Assembly (NCBI GenBank): GCA_951406725.2 | Contig: OX597830.1 | Location: 38,130,001-38,194,000, forward strand | DNA from: Octopus vulgaris | Lineage: Eukaryota | DNA: 64,000 nt | Direction of reading: 5' to 3' | Shown here: positions 1 through 13,636 of the stretch, one piece after another | Position numbering within the stretch: position 1 is the stretch's first letter | How the letters are laid out: each line of letters opens with the position of its first letter | Program-made: the position numbers and the translations under genes | Notes under the pieces: generated by a model | Told to the model about the DNA's origin: nothing | Database searches by the model: none | What the model saw: only the letters and a program-made list of their open reading frames with translations

Positions 1-80
1 CTTTCTATTTCAAGCTGGGTGCGCTGCAGGCCACGGTAGACGCTTTCTTATTCTCGTCGTATTGTTCAATGATCGTCGAT

Positions 81-415
81 GCAGCAGCAGCAGCAGATAG
101 CATCAGCAGCAGCAGTAACAGCAAGCAGCAGTAGCAGCAGCAAGCAGTGCTTGTCATAGCAGCAGCACCAAGTGTTCGTGGCTTTGTGGATGGTGGGGAA
201 TTTGACGTTGCTGGTGATGCGCTCCTGTTGCTACTGCCGGTCTCTCTGACAGGACATCTCTTACTGCAGCTGTGCATTGTTTTAGCCTTTTATTGCCGCT
301 GTTGTCCTCTTCGCAGTAACATATGGTACAGCAGCAGTAGCAGCATCCTCTTCAGCCTCATCATCATTATCATCATCATCAGCAACAGCAGACGTTGTTG
401 TTGTAGTAATAGCGA
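81..415. repeat. Imperfect (CAG)n/(CAT)n/(GTT)n low-complexity tract
   Basis: Trinucleotide runs are directly visible; ORFs here are poly-A/L/C/S artefacts. Confidence 0.85.
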
Positions 416-926
416 TGGCCGTTAACGCTTAGCTCCCCAACACGTTAGGTTTCATTGAGGCCTTCTAGCAGTGGCCATCTCCCCTAATTCATCTCTAACA
501 ATATCATATATGATGCGCTTCATATTTCATGTCACGTTTTATTTCCTCTTTCTCATTTTTTGTTTTGTTTTGTACTTAAGTGGCAAAATAGCGAGATGTG
601 ATGTGAGTTAATTTTGACTGCTATTTCTAATATGTCTCCTGACAGTAAAATAGGTTCCTTGATGGCCGCAAACGCAATTGCAATTGTTTGCTCTGCCGTA
701 TTTGTTTTTCCTGTGTTTTTGGTTTCTCTTTTCTATGCACGTCTTGCATCTAGGGCGGAATGCTGTGAAGGTCTACATTTTATAAGATACTATAGTGTGA
801 CTGGAGGAAATTCGGCTGCTATTTCTAGCATTGAAACGATCATACAAAGTGTCACTCGAATTGTCAGACGTGTAATTTATGGCTTACTTTTTCCTACTTT
901 TGTTAACGTTTTTGCTATTGATTGCC

Positions 927-1245
927 GTTACTGCTGTTGTTGCCTCGGTTGCAGTTATTGTGCTTATTCTGGTTGTTGTTGTTGTTGTTGTTGCGCGTCG
1001 CTACTGCTTTGACCCAGGTCAATTCTGATCGAGCTGACATATGGTGAAATGTGTTCCAGTTTTGTTGTTGTTGTTGTTCTTCTCCTTCTTCCTCTCCCCC
1101 TTTTCTTATTGTTATTATTATTATAATCATTATTAATATTAATCTTATTATTATTAGTCACCTTATTATACATCTTCTTATTCCTCATCATCACCTTCTT
1201 CTTCTTCTTCTTCTTCTTCTTCTTCTTCTTCTCCTTCTTCTTCTT
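927..1245. repeat. Compound (GTT)n/(ATT)n/(CTT)n microsatellite
   Basis: Directly visible repeats. Confidence 0.9.
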
Positions 1246-1479
1246 AGTCGTTTTTATTATCTGTATTATTCAGCGATGATCGCACGCGAGACGAACCCGA
1301 CTATTCGTTGAACTCAACGTGAGCATTGAACTACCACGCACATTTAACAAGGGAGGGAAGCAATGTTCCTCTCCCTCTCTCTCGTGGGCAGAGCAAAAAG
1401 AGGTTGTATGCTGAGCGAGGCTGCGGAAAGATTGAGGAAAGACATTTTCCTCTTCAGTCAAGCTCTCATCGACTTTTCA

Positions 1480-1800
1480 AAGTTCCACTCGGAAAGCAAA
1501 GGGTGGGCGTAGAAAGAAATGCCACCTTCCAGTGAAGACTCTGCATTTGGCGGTCAGGATAATCCTGGACCTGGCGGGTATAAGGAAGGCTGCATCATTC
1601 ATAATACCAGTTACCTTCTGTATACATTTCACCATTTTTCCCCAAGGGGGTAGAAAGGGCTCCTTAGTCGTAGTGAAGGCAATCTATCTAGGGAGATAAC
1701 CTTACAATAAATCACTCGGTCCGTAGCTTAGAAATACTGGGTTGACGTCCAGCGGGAACAGCTTTGTTTCATGGAGGAGGAAAGATCTTCTTTAGTATTT
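1480..1800 (+). mobile_element. Possible degraded RTE-type LINE 5' UTR fragment
   Basis: GC-richer island with GGGCTCCTTAG...GAAGGCAATCTATCTAGGGAGA, resembling RTE 5' UTR motifs from memory; no ORF support. Confidence 0.3.
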
Positions 1801-1875
1801 GGTTGTACAATGCTTTCCAATGTGTGTAGTAGTGGCGCGCGCACACATTATTAGCCATTTGAAAAGACTATGAAA

Positions 1876-1908
1876 GTCTCGACCACGGTCGAACAATGAT
1901 GATGATGA
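1876..1908 (+). mobile_element. 33-bp 3' tip of an RTE LINE with (TGA)n tail
   Basis: GTCTCGACCACGGTCGAACAATGATGATGATGA is the exact reverse complement of 51021-51053, the 3' end of the RTE copy there. Confidence 0.8.
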
Positions 1909-2374
1909 TTTTTTCCATTTCTTTCTCACCATACTTTATGTAAATTCTCACCTGTTCTAGTGGAAAATCTGATCTAACGAGAGGAAACAATATAAATGAT
2001 CTAATTCCTTTACGGCTACTATTGCTGCCACCATCACTTTACACAAAACAATCACCCTCTCGCGATAATTACATTTCTCCATCCCCCACTTCGGTCACAG
2101 TACCGTTCTGAGCAAATTGCAACAAATTCAAAAACTAATACAACCGTTAGAAAAAACGCAGAACGCGAATGTTCTGAGTCACCGAAAAATAAAAACAGCA
2201 TTGAGGTCAGCTAATCTCCTAGAAATAGCGAGCAAATATACTTCACATCACATTTTACCTTATTAAAATACGCACAGTGTGTTTTTATTCAATCACTGAT
2301 ATCATTAAAAGATAAGACTTTGATCGTTGGGACGCTTTTGATCATAGGACATATCAATTAGGAGGAGAATGAGA

Positions 2375-2570
2375 CAAAGAAGGATGAGGAGGTGGAGTAG
2401 AAGAGGAAGAAGAAGGGGAGGAAGAAGAAGAAAAAGAAGAGCGAATAAGAAGAGTGAAAAAGGAGAAGAGCGAAGAGGTACAAGATGAAGAGCAAAAGAG
2501 AAGAAGAGCAAGGACAAGAACAAGAAGAACGAAGAAGAAAATGAAGAAGAAGAAGAACGAAGAAGAAGAA
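2375..2570. repeat. Purine-rich (GAA/GAG)n low-complexity tract
   Basis: Directly visible. Confidence 0.9.
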
Positions 2571-3087
2571 GTGATAACGATATCAACGACCACATTTCCA
2601 TTACTGTCCCTAATTCTCTGTCTACCTGTTGTTTTTCTTGTTATAGTAGTTGTTGCTTTAAGTAGGGTTTCTCATATTGTTGTTGTTGCGGATGTTTCTT
2701 TCATAATTGTTATTACATTGACCGTTTGTAATTATTATTGCTTCTGCAATTATCTTCACGGATTTTGCAGATGGGACCATCGCCATTTATTAACGATGAT
2801 TAATCAAGTCATATTCCGATTCATGTGGCATGCATTCATTCTGTTGTTGTTGCTTGCTGCTGTTAAGCACCTGTCCGACCTGATAGAAGGATATGCGCGT
2901 GTTTGCATCTCAGTCCATGTATGTATGTATGTATGTAAGAAGAGGAGGAAGAAAAGAAGAAATAGAAGAAGCAAGAAAGGAGAACAAGAAGGAGGAGGGA
3001 AGGAGGAGAAGGTTGCTGCTGCTGCTGATGCTGATGATAATGATGAGAGGAAAGAGAAAAAGAAGAAGACAACGAAGAAAAACAAGA

Positions 3088-3286
3088 ATGTATGTATATA
3101 TATGTATGTATGTATGTATGTATGCATGTATTATGTATGTATGTAAAAAGGAGGAGGAGGAGAAGAAGAAGAAGAAAAGAAGAAAAAGAAGAAGAAGAAG
3201 AAGACGGAGAAGAAGAAGAAGAAGAAGAAGAAGAAGAAGAAGAAGAAGAAGAAGAAGAAGAAGAAGAAGAAGAAGAAGAAGAAGAA
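3088..3286. repeat. (TATG)n plus long (GAA)n microsatellite
   Basis: Directly visible. Confidence 0.95.
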
Positions 3287-3418
3287 AATGAAGTAAAAGG
3301 TTTATGTGGATGAGGCGTATGTGGGTGATATAAACAGAAGTGAACCGAACAGACACTTCGAAATAAAATAAGTCTGTAAATTGAACACTATACCAAACAT
3401 ATGTATTAGCGGGTGGTG

Positions 3419-3765
3419 TGGAGGTGCAATGGCCCAGTGGTTTCGATTCCCAGACCGGGCGTTGTGAGTGTTTATTGAGCGAAAACACCTAAAACTCCTC
3501 GAGGCTCCGGCAGGGATGGTGGTGATCCCTGCTGTACTCTTTCACCACAACTTTCTCTCACTCTTATTTCCTATTTCTGTTGTACCTGTATTTCAAAGGG
3601 CCGGCCTTGTCACTCTCTGTGTCACGCTGAATATCCCCGAGAACTACGTTAAGGGTACACATGTTTGTGGAGTGCTCAGCCACTTACACGTTAATTTCAC
3701 GAGCAGGCTGTTCCGTTGATCGGATCAACCGGAACCCTCGTCGTCGTAACCGACGGAGTGCTTCC
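3419..3765 (+). mobile_element. tRNA-derived SINE (family D) with a 14-bp TSD
   Basis: Head TGGCCCAGTGG fused to GGTTTCGATTCC (A/B-box-like); 3' hairpin CGTCG-TAAC-CGACG; perfect flanking repeat ATTAGCGGGTGGTG at 3405-3418 and 3766-3779. Confidence 0.85.
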
Positions 3766-6700
3766 ATTAGCGGGTGGTGATAGAGCGTTTGACTACGATT
3801 TACGCTGTAGTTCCGGCTGTATGATTATCTGATTTACCAGGCTAGTATCACCAGCAGCTCTTAACCATGGCTGTACTCATTTCAAAAATGTTTTTGTCAG
3901 TAAACACCGTTAAATAGGCTCTCAGTCTTTGTAAACGATGCCAACCAAATAGTAGAGTGGAAGCTTTATTTAATTACTTCTTTATAATACCTTGATTTAA
4001 TTTTCAAATGTCCCTTCGTGTTACCTCTGATTATGTACCATTCTGTTATTATATACCAATATGATAACGGATTTTGGGGATAAAAGATCTATTTGAGTTG
4101 TGAATGATAAGTATTTATTCCTATGATTAATATAATAGCTAAATTAAGATATTTGATTTTAAATTCATCTTCTCTTGTTAAATTGGGTAATTCTAGCACA
4201 CTTCTAAAATCGTTAAAGCAGCAAATAGCGCCTATCTGTCTTATTGATACTAAGTTTGTTCTGTATATTATTGATTTCGAAATTACGGTGTATCAACACA
4301 ATGAAATTCATATAAGACACAATTTGCAGTTCCTCTAATGAGGAAACCTATAATTCTAGAACATAACGGCATATGGTGGAGCCTGCAGTTGTTCCGCATT
4401 TCATATTTAATTCTAGTATAGAGTTTCCATCCATCCATCCATCCATCCAAACATAAATACAGACTTACATATATACATACTTTCATATACAAATGTGTGA
4501 ACGTGTGTGTATATGTATTACATGTACTATATATATTTTTGAAGTCAGCCGCAGACTTAGCTGAAAGAAGCTTCGAAGTTACTGTCAATAATATTATTGT
4601 TTAGAAATGATATATATATTTATATATGTTTATACGTAGCATTATGAATCTCTCATAAATTTGTTAAATGGAATTTATACTGGCGGTTAATGGGCATACA
4701 TTTTCACGTTTGAAATCTGGAGACGTGAATCTACAACTTACAAATTGGGAAATGTCATTTTTGGCATATATATCACCTTCCACCTGGCATCGAATATCTC
4801 ATTTAGATACACTTGCTAGCACCAGCGCGCGCACACACACACGCGAGAACTCTCACACGTACACATACACACGTACGTGCATACATGAATACATAGCTGC
4901 AATATCATTTAGAATATTGCTATCACTTGAGTGTTCTCTTGAATATGAGCAGTGTAAGGCCTGCTAGGTATTTTGCTGTTATCTACAGATATGGCAACGA
5001 TGGGTGCCCCATGAAGTAGGTGCTACGATACTGCTTCGCTAAAACTATATATAATTAGTCAGTCCTGGCTCACAGTCTTTTCGTTACTGCCTATAGGTAG
5101 AGGGGCCGTATAATGCATAATTAATTTCCTTGTGCGTGCAGCTTTTCTGATTACTTTTAAAACTTTCCTCACTTACACAATCGCCCGCACTAGTAGCATG
5201 TTGAATTGGGCTCAGCACCAACATTCTGATTACAATTTAACATCAAATTAACATCTAAACCATACGAACATCTCCCTTGATACAATTTCGTTCAAATTGT
5301 CACTTGCTATAAGTTTCTGCATTCCTCTATGAGGAAGAATCTTCGTCTAGATTTCCCCCTCTATTTTCCAAAATTTTGACCTTCCTAGTTCTAATCTTGA
5401 TGTAGCTGTTAATTCTTAATTTTGTTTTTAAATTTGGTCTTTCACCAAGTGCAAACTAACCATACAGAAATTACTTAGCGATTCGATCAGCTTCCACTCT
5501 GACCACACGATCGCATTTGGTGCTAAATTATTAGATTCTATACTTCGAAAACTTTACTTAATTAAATTTGCCACTAGATAACCATACACGGTGGATACCC
5601 ACTTGGTTAAATAGCTCCACCCTTTTCCTATGTTTCTGGTAACATACGTACATACATCGGCATGTTTTACCTTGTGTGTGTATGTTTCTGGTATAGCCAT
5701 ATATTGTGTCTCTCTTTTAAAAGTTACATAGGTGTATATTATTGAGAAACTTTCGTTGGTACTTCTAGTCGGATGGTTGGCTATGTAAATGCATATTCAT
5801 AGGTTCTCGTTATGCATTTATTAAGAATGATTATGTTGATGGCTATGTTTATAATGCTTCGGTACCCTACCGCATGACTGTCAATGATGGTACCCAGATC
5901 GACAAAGATCATAATACCAATTCAGCGCATGTTAATTTTGTATATCTAATCACCGTAAATGACTTTATTAGAGATCTTCTATTATCCTACACGTTATTAC
6001 AAAAAAATTATTACTAATACGAATTATTACCAAATTGAAATATGATCCACGTAAAGTAGATGACATCATTTACGAAATTATTATTTTACGAGCTGTAATT
6101 TGAGGGAGATGCCAGTTCTATGTCTTGCAAGTTAGCGACGCTAAAAGCTCCATCTTTATCACGCAATTTTGCCTAAAGATGTATGTGTGTATATATGTAA
6201 CACACGTCACGTGTCATAAAGCTACATTATGTGAGCAAGGATACTAGAATTTAGAGTCGGTCTCATAGTGTTGGTGTGCGTTTGGTTGGAGCAGGTCTTG
6301 CTAAGATAGGAAGTGGTTGAGCAAGATTGCTGGGCCCCAATTCTAACCATCAATCTATATATAGAATTCGTTTTAATATAGATTAGCAATCTTTATCGAA
6401 ACATACTGTGATGTAACAAATCTGACAAAAGATTCACTAACAAGTATAACGAGCTTTGAATGAAGCTCATTGAATGGAGACCATTGGTTATACAACGTGA
6501 TGTCAGTAGGAGATACGACCGAGGGGTTTTCATTGCGGACTGAACCGCTATTGATTTTCTTGAATTCTCAAAGACGAAAATTCATTCGGGCGTGATGTAA
6601 GATAACAAATCTCTGGTACAGCTATTATACAGAAGTATACTGGCATGTAATGAACATGTCAGAATGTCGTTGTTATTTAAGCTGAATTTGGTTAATTACT

Positions 6701-7726
6701 TTTCTTAACCTTCTTTGCTACAGCTACGCTGCGCTGATCTTGTTGGTAGTTTACTGATAATGTTTATTTTTCTTCGGTGCTTGTGATATAGGGAATCCGA
6801 CTTAAATTGCAATTGATATGGCCAATGTATTTGTCTTTCGCTGCTGTTTACCTTAGGCCAACCATTAAGATAAAAATGAACATATTTATTTTCATGATAA
6901 GTGTACCTTTCTTGGGAAAATCTTTTGCAAACTGTCTTCTATCTAAATCTGACTGCATTAACACATTACAAATTGTTATATTACAGACATGTTTGAAACT
7001 ATCTCATCTATATAAATAACGTTAAATTATTTACAATTGATAACGACAAAGTGGAGAATCTGGTAGCATTATATACATAGTCAACAATTTTATAAAAAGT
7101 ATTTATGCGATTAGACAAATTAGCCGAAGAGAAGACGCGAAGTAAATGAAGTTACATTCAGATAATGAAATCAGAGGACAAAGATGATTACTATTAATAC
7201 AATTACTTAAGGGCAAACGAAACTGATATGACGCATCTTACAGACACAAATAGCGAATCGGGAAAACAAGTGCCACTCAATTATTTAACATATAAATTAA
7301 TACCAAAAATACGATTATATGTGGAATTATACAAGTATTTCAATCCATAAAGTTCATGAAAGCAGATTAAAGAATCTAGAAAAAAATAAACCCAGGTAAT
7401 TATTCATTACATTACTCACAACCCTTCATTTTAAAGTTATTCAAATGGAACCCGAAGGAGAGGAGGATAGCTAGTTCAAAAATTTAAGTGTCAAACTTAA
7501 TTCTTGCTCATCATACAATTCAATGAGACGACCGTTGACCATTGTTTCAACCTCAGTACATGTATACACGTCATCAACCTCAGTATACCAGTGTACTTAC
7601 TCTATAGTTATTAGAAGCAGTGGAACATTTTCCTTTCGCCAGAAGTGAAAATGCTGCTAAGGACTGGCTTCTAGCAAATTTCAATGGCAAGTCGGCAATA
7701 ACGAATGAAAGAAATATATGCATTTA

Positions 7727-7955
7727 AGGCGGTGAGCTGGCAGAAACGTTATCATGCCGGGCGAAATTCTTAGCGGTATTTCGTCTGCCGTTACGTTCTC
7801 AGTTCAAATTCCGCCGAGGTCGACTTTGCCTTTCATCCTTTCGGGGTCGATTAAATAAGTACCAGTTATGTATTGGGTTGATATAATCGACTAAATCAGT
7901 TTGTCTGTCCTTGTTTCTCCCTTCTGTGTGTAGCCCCTTGTGGACAGTAAAAAAT
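7727..7955 (+). mobile_element. SINE family B (Meta-domain-like core) with an imperfect TSD
   Basis: GTTCAAATTCCGCCGAGGTCGACTTTGCCTTTCATCCTTTCGGGGTCGAT..AAGTACCAG core recurs more than 10 times in the window; 18-bp flanking repeat with 2 mismatches (7709-7726, 7956-7973). Confidence 0.85.
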
Positions 7956-8364
7956 AAGGAATATATGCGTTTACTTCCGCTCTCCGCCCTTTCAGTGTCA
8001 GACTTCCCCTGTTAATTTCTCAGTGAGACAGGCTATTTTACATGTTGAACTGCATGTAAAATACTTGTAAGTGCTTTCCTTAGACCTTCTGTCATTGGAG
8101 GTCCATCATCTTCGCTTTAATGCGTATTTGTAGGTACCGTATAAATACACTTGTTTCTTTTTTGCAAAGATACGTACATTCTCATGGTATTTTTTGATTT
8201 ACATAAAATATTCTAAGTCACGGTTTATTGCTTAAAATTTGTTAGTTAAAAACAGCAAGGAATGTTACCAATTTGATTTTAATATTAGTGATAAGTTTGG
8301 ATCGGTGAACTGGAAGAATGTCTAGCTTTCCCGACAAACTGTTTAGGGGCAATTTGCCTGTCAT

Positions 8365-8505
8365 TACATTCTGTGTTCGCCGAGGTCGACTTTGCCTGTT
8401 ATCCTTTCGAGATCGATAAAAGACATACCATTTGGCCACTGAATTCGATGTAGTGGATTTATCCACCTCTTAAAATTACTGGCCTTGTGTGAAAATATGA
8501 AAGGA
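8365..8505 (+). mobile_element. Partial SINE family B
   Basis: CGCCGAGGTCGACTTTGCC..ATCCTTTCG..ATCGATAAA core. Confidence 0.7.
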
Positions 8506-9348
8506 ACATCATTACTATTATTCCTAATGTTATTATCTGTACTTTGAGGTTTTGAGCCAATGTTTTAATCGATATTATTATCTCTACTATTGTTATTACT
8601 ATATTTTATATCATTGTCTCCAGTAATATTAAATGTACACTTCTATTATTTTTAATGCTGCAATGGTGGATTACTAACTGTATGCATCGTAGACTTTCTG
8701 GAGGCGTGAGTAATTGTAACTTACGCAGCGATTTCTGCAAACATTGTGCAATAATAATAATAAATATTACATCTTAGGATTATTTACTTCAACTTTAGAA
8801 AATAAAACATTTTTTTCAAATATAAACATCTACACAACATTTCAATAGGTTAGATTGTTGATAATCGTGGTATTTCATAATCAGCATTTGACATTTCAAC
8901 CGCCAATGAACAAGGCTGTGGCTCAGAAATTTGTAAACGTGATTATTGTTGATTATATCAACCATGTACTTGATTATTTTTAACCTATAGACAACTGAAA
9001 CACTAAACGCTAATCGACACCAGCTGGAATTTTTATCAAACATTTAAATAAAGCACTGTTTTTTGTTTGTATTAATTATTTCCATTATTTCCCATATCAT
9101 ACAAAACGGGTGTTTAGAAATTCGGAAATGTTCTTTGTGAAACTTGAAAGATTTCTGAACGCCTGAAAACTTAAACTTAGATATGAATTTGACGCAACAA
9201 AATACGGACAAACATTTTCTTTGCCGTTTTACTGATTCTGGTATCCACTACCTACTGCTCGAAGACTTTCACAGAAACATTTGTATTCAGAGAAAGTTGG
9301 TTTAATCTTAGTGATAGAATATTAAACAAGTATATACAAAGTATATAC

Positions 9349-9663
9349 AGACGCCATGATAGATCGTTAGATACTACACACATTTTTTCTCTCCTTGTTT
9401 CCCTCCTTTATTCTCTCCTTTTTTCTCTCTTTTTTTTTCTCTTTTTTTCTCTCCCTTTTTTCTCTCCTTTTTTTCTCTCTCCTTTTTCTCTCCTTTTTTC
9501 TCTCCTTGTTTCTCTCCTTGCTTGTTTCTGTGTACCTTTCTGTAGAAGAGCGTAGGCTCGAAACGTAAAAGACATTTTCTATTCCTGAGCGCTATACTAA
9601 TACATCTGTTGGTTTGTACACCACTTGCCTTCGTCTTTTGTTTATTTTCGTAAACTTTCCCTT
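9349..9663 (+). mobile_element. Short non-autonomous pLTR-like element with a hammerhead-like motif (9536-9571) and an expanded CT-rich tract
   Basis: CTTT-CTGTAGA-A-GAGC(GTAG)GCTC-GAAACGTA-AAAG; flanked by TATATACAAA at 9331-9340 and 9664-9673. Confidence 0.5.
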
Positions 9664-10329
9664 TATATACAAATGAGGCAAAGTTAGACGGGTTTTGTGC
9701 GAAATGTTTAAATAAATATATATATTTGCTTCCACAACATTGATAATAAATAAGCTGAAATATATATTTTCTTTCACATCAGCAATGTTTGTTAATATTA
9801 AATGTCTAGCAATGAGATCGTTAAAGTGTCTATTGTCGGGATAAATTTTTCTCGATTTACTTAAACCTATTAGTTAGAGTCTGATTGTGGAGATGATATC
9901 ATTGGCCGTGGCAGTAGTTTGTTTGCTTTTATGAAGTTTATTACGTGCTTCAACGTTGCAACTGTTATGGAGATGGCCGTAGTGACTCTGAACCAGACAG
10001 TGTGTTGACGGTTTTTATAGTCGTAATAGTTGTTGTGATTCTAGTGGACAGAATGCTTTTGGCTGTTTTTGTGTCAGCTCTTATCTATATGGCTAGTGTG
10101 ACAACTGTTATTGATAATGACGACAGGTTTGGTAGTTATGACACAACCCTCCTTAATTTTATATGATCGCTGAACGAGGTGTCATTATTATCAAAAGAGC
10201 GGTGGTGATGTTGCTATAAATGTTGTTGTGGTAGTGATGTTAACTAAAATTATATATATATATACGGAGCTAGGTAGATACATTGAAAGATAAAAAGGTA
10301 GATAGGTGTGTAAATAGGTCGAGAGGTAT

Positions 10330-10720
10330 GCAGATTTGCTTCGCAGCCACATGGTTCTGGGTTCAAATTCCCTGCTTGGCATCTTGCGTAAGTGTTTTCT
10401 GCTATAGACTTTTGCCAACCAAAACATTATGAGTGGATTTAGTAGACGGAAACTGAAGAAAAAAACCCCGTCGTATATAGATATGTAAATGTGTGTGTGT
10501 GTGTCTTTGTCTCTGAGCTTGTCCCCCATCGCCGCTTGATGACCGGTATTACTATGCTTACGTCCCCGTAACTAAGCGGTTCGGCCAAAGACACTGGTAG
10601 AATAAGTACTAGGCTAAAAAAGAAAATAAGTACTGGGGTTGATTAGTTCGATTAAATTCTCGAAGGCGTTGCCCCAGCATGACCTCTGTGTAATATCTGA
10701 AACAAGTAAAATATAAAAGA
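10330..10720 (+). mobile_element. SINE family A (tRNA-like head, central TA/TG microsatellite, CR1-like tail), diverged
   Basis: Collinear with copies at 25272, 31723 and others (CCACATGGTTC..GTGGATTT.GTAGACGGAAACTGAA..CCCAGCATG..CTGAAACAAGTAAAA). Confidence 0.85.
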
Positions 10721-12609
10721 TAAAAAAAAATGTATATTTCTTACGGGAAATGATGACGATGATAATGACGAGGAGGAGGGTAGGAGGAGGTGGAGAATGA
10801 TGAGTATGAGTAGGAAGAATTATTGATGTTGCTACGGGGTTCGTGATTATAGGTAAGTTTTCTGTATACACATGGGCTGACTGTTTACGATGATTGGTTC
10901 GTATCAGTGCTATTGCTACCTTAGAGGTAATTAATAAACATCAGATAAACAACATCAGATCAAATGTCGTCCGGCATTTACATGCAATCCCTAAATCTCT
11001 ATGTTCAAACCCTTTCCAAAACTTTTAATCGTTTCGACAAATGTAAATACGGAATGGCTAATGTAATACGTATCAATAATGTATGTCGATATATTTGACT
11101 AACCCTTCGTAAAGAAATGCTTGAACTTCTGCCAAAGTAGAATTTAATATGATCGTATTAAATTTCTTGGTGGTAGTGGTAGTCATCATGAACTCTTGTA
11201 GATGCGTCGACGGCAGACATTAATGTAAGCAATCATTAAATTCTTATTATAATAATTCATAGCGATAACCCTGGAGCATTGTTAAAGAAATGAAAGGAAG
11301 TATATTATAGCGTAGAAATCAAAAGAATGCTTGTTAGAAAATAACAGAACTATTTGATATATTTGCTATAAAATACCCTACTGCAGTTTACAATACCCCA
11401 GAGAAATAAAGGTAATGATATACGACACATAATGTAATAGTATACAACATATTAACAAGCCATCATTCAACAGTAAACACAAAGTTCTATTCAATTGAAC
11501 CAATGTAAATCATACAGCCCTTACAGCGGCGGATATATCTATCATTTAAATACGTCAATATATTGTTTTAGAGTTAACTTTTCTAAGTGTATCTTGATCT
11601 CTATCAGCTTACAACACCGCAAATATGTTCTGCCTGTTAAAATGCAGTTACAAAGACGGCGAATCATAAGAATGCATCATGGTATTTATTCCCGATCCTT
11701 GCGCACTGTTTTCAGATCTCAATGATATCAACTTTGCTTCTCAGCCTTTCTTGGAAGAGAATAAATACCAATACGTGGCTAGAGATTGGCGGAATTTTAG
11801 GCGATCGGGTTAGATGCCTTGAATATCTGTTCCTGCCGCTTTGCATGCTGGTAGCCACGCCTGCGGCAACGCCGGTTCCAAACGCTGGTGCACGTGAATA
11901 GCCTTTCCTTGCATAATATGTTGAAGAATTTCCATACATATGCACGTGCTAGTATACCTGAAAGATTTTGTGCAAATCTATGCATACACGTTCATATACG
12001 CAGTCTAATTTGATCGACGTAGGCTGTGTATAAAGATTTCATCAAAATGATTTTCAAAATAATTCCGTGTAACAATGAAATTGTGGACGCTACTTTATTG
12101 TAGAAACCTGACAAAGCGTGTGACAGTATGTTGAATGTAGGGAACCAGCGATAATATTTCATTAATAAAAAATACAGCAATAAATAATGTTTCTTACTAA
12201 AAGAATGAAAAAAGGACGCCCCGGAATTTTGAGCGATGAAAAATTGAATGTTTGTCATAAGTGAGTGGAAGTGTGTTCTAAAATCGTCTATGAATATTTT
12301 TTGGTTTCTGCCAGATAACTTTGCTGGAGGAGAATTGGAGTAAAATGAGTTTGAAGATTGTTTATGAGGACTTGCAGAATATATTTCAAGAGATTACTAA
12401 AGTGTGAGAATAAGCGTAGAATATACGTTGCCTTCGTGTGATTAGCGGACGTAACTGATAACAAAGGAAGAAATACAAAATAAATAGAAAATTCTTTAAA
12501 TAATATTTTCAAGTATGATCGCAAATATTCTGAGCAATTGTAAAAAATAAAAAAAAACCGGAAAATCTTTAAATTAGAAAATATCTACATTTGGATTAAA
12601 GCGTTAAAA

Positions 12610-12661
<52 letters not shown>

Positions 12662-12711
12662 TACTCCACATGTTTTGTATTATTTACATCAATTTCTAAT
12701 GTTAGTAGATA

Positions 12712-13430
12712 TACAACGTGTTCGGATGAAAATTGACATTTGCATAAAAATAAAAGTGTTTTAAAAGATCAAAAAAAAAAAAAATTCAAATAGATATGGC
12801 TGGGAGTTAACAGTTTACTGAAAGTAGCCGCTCTCGGCGTCCAACTACGGTCGCAAGACGCATGCGCTCTTCACTGCGTCCCTGAGAAGATAATCGAAGA
12901 TCTTACCGAATTTGGCCACCAGCTGGGCATTGGTGTTGCTGATAGAACTATAGGGATCTTTCGCTGCTGCACTCCACTCATTCTTATCCATAGGATTACA
13001 ATTGGGGGAATTAGAAAGTCAGAAATGAAGGCCGATGAAATCGAAGAAGTTCTCTCACAACCACGTCTGACTCCTTCCGATAATATGGACAGGAGCCAAA
13101 TCCTTCTACTACACATATACACCCTGACTGTACACATCAGAGGTTGATGCAGTCCCCAGCGGCTTCACATAACCGTCTGAATTGAGCGTAAGGCCCTGTT
13201 CTATGATGTGGGGATGAACGCCGATGTGTAGATGCAGTCAGGATGATTGCTCTTCTGTTTCCTTCCGCCACGGCTTCGTACTCTCCATTGCAACTGCTCA
13301 ATGTCACATCTGACAGCCTTCACAGAGCATTGAACAGCAGTCATGATGTCGGCATTATGAATTTTGGCGCGAATCATCATGACAAAGGTAACCCTTTGTC
13401 AATATTCAGATGGTTTCCAATACTTCATGT
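12712..13430 (-). pseudogene. Internally deleted Tc1/mariner-superfamily (maT/DD37D-like) transposase relic
   Basis: Minus strand: N-terminus MKYWKPSEY*QRVTFVMMIRA (ATG at 13428); catalytic part PHIIEQGLTLNSDGY..DLAPVH..SQTWL*ENF..SNSPNCNPMD..ESGYFQ* (stop at 12815); stops and frameshifts. Confidence 0.75.
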
Positions 13431-13636
13431 GAACACATATTTTTCAACAACAAATTTAATCATTAAGCTCTCCAACGCCGTTGACTGTTCCCCAATATAT
13501 CAAGCCATTACTGAAAGGAGGAGGCATAAATTCCTCAAATGTAACCAGTATATCCTGCAATGTCTTATGGCTGATGGTGTTTCTGCAATATATGCCTGCA
13601 CGTAACCCGACGAACTGCGACGTAAGGAAATTCACA

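Noticed and set aside
5-3488. Poly-Q/E/R/L/C ORFs suggesting a low-complexity protein
   Set aside because: They arise from trinucleotide repeats in several frames and on both strands; no domain or coherent exon structure
7020-7400. Possible ancient R4-type RT remnant
   Set aside because: Too degraded for a confident call by eye
11690-12260. Minus-strand ORF pieces vaguely like a Penelope RT thumb
   Set aside because: No diagnostic motif I can support
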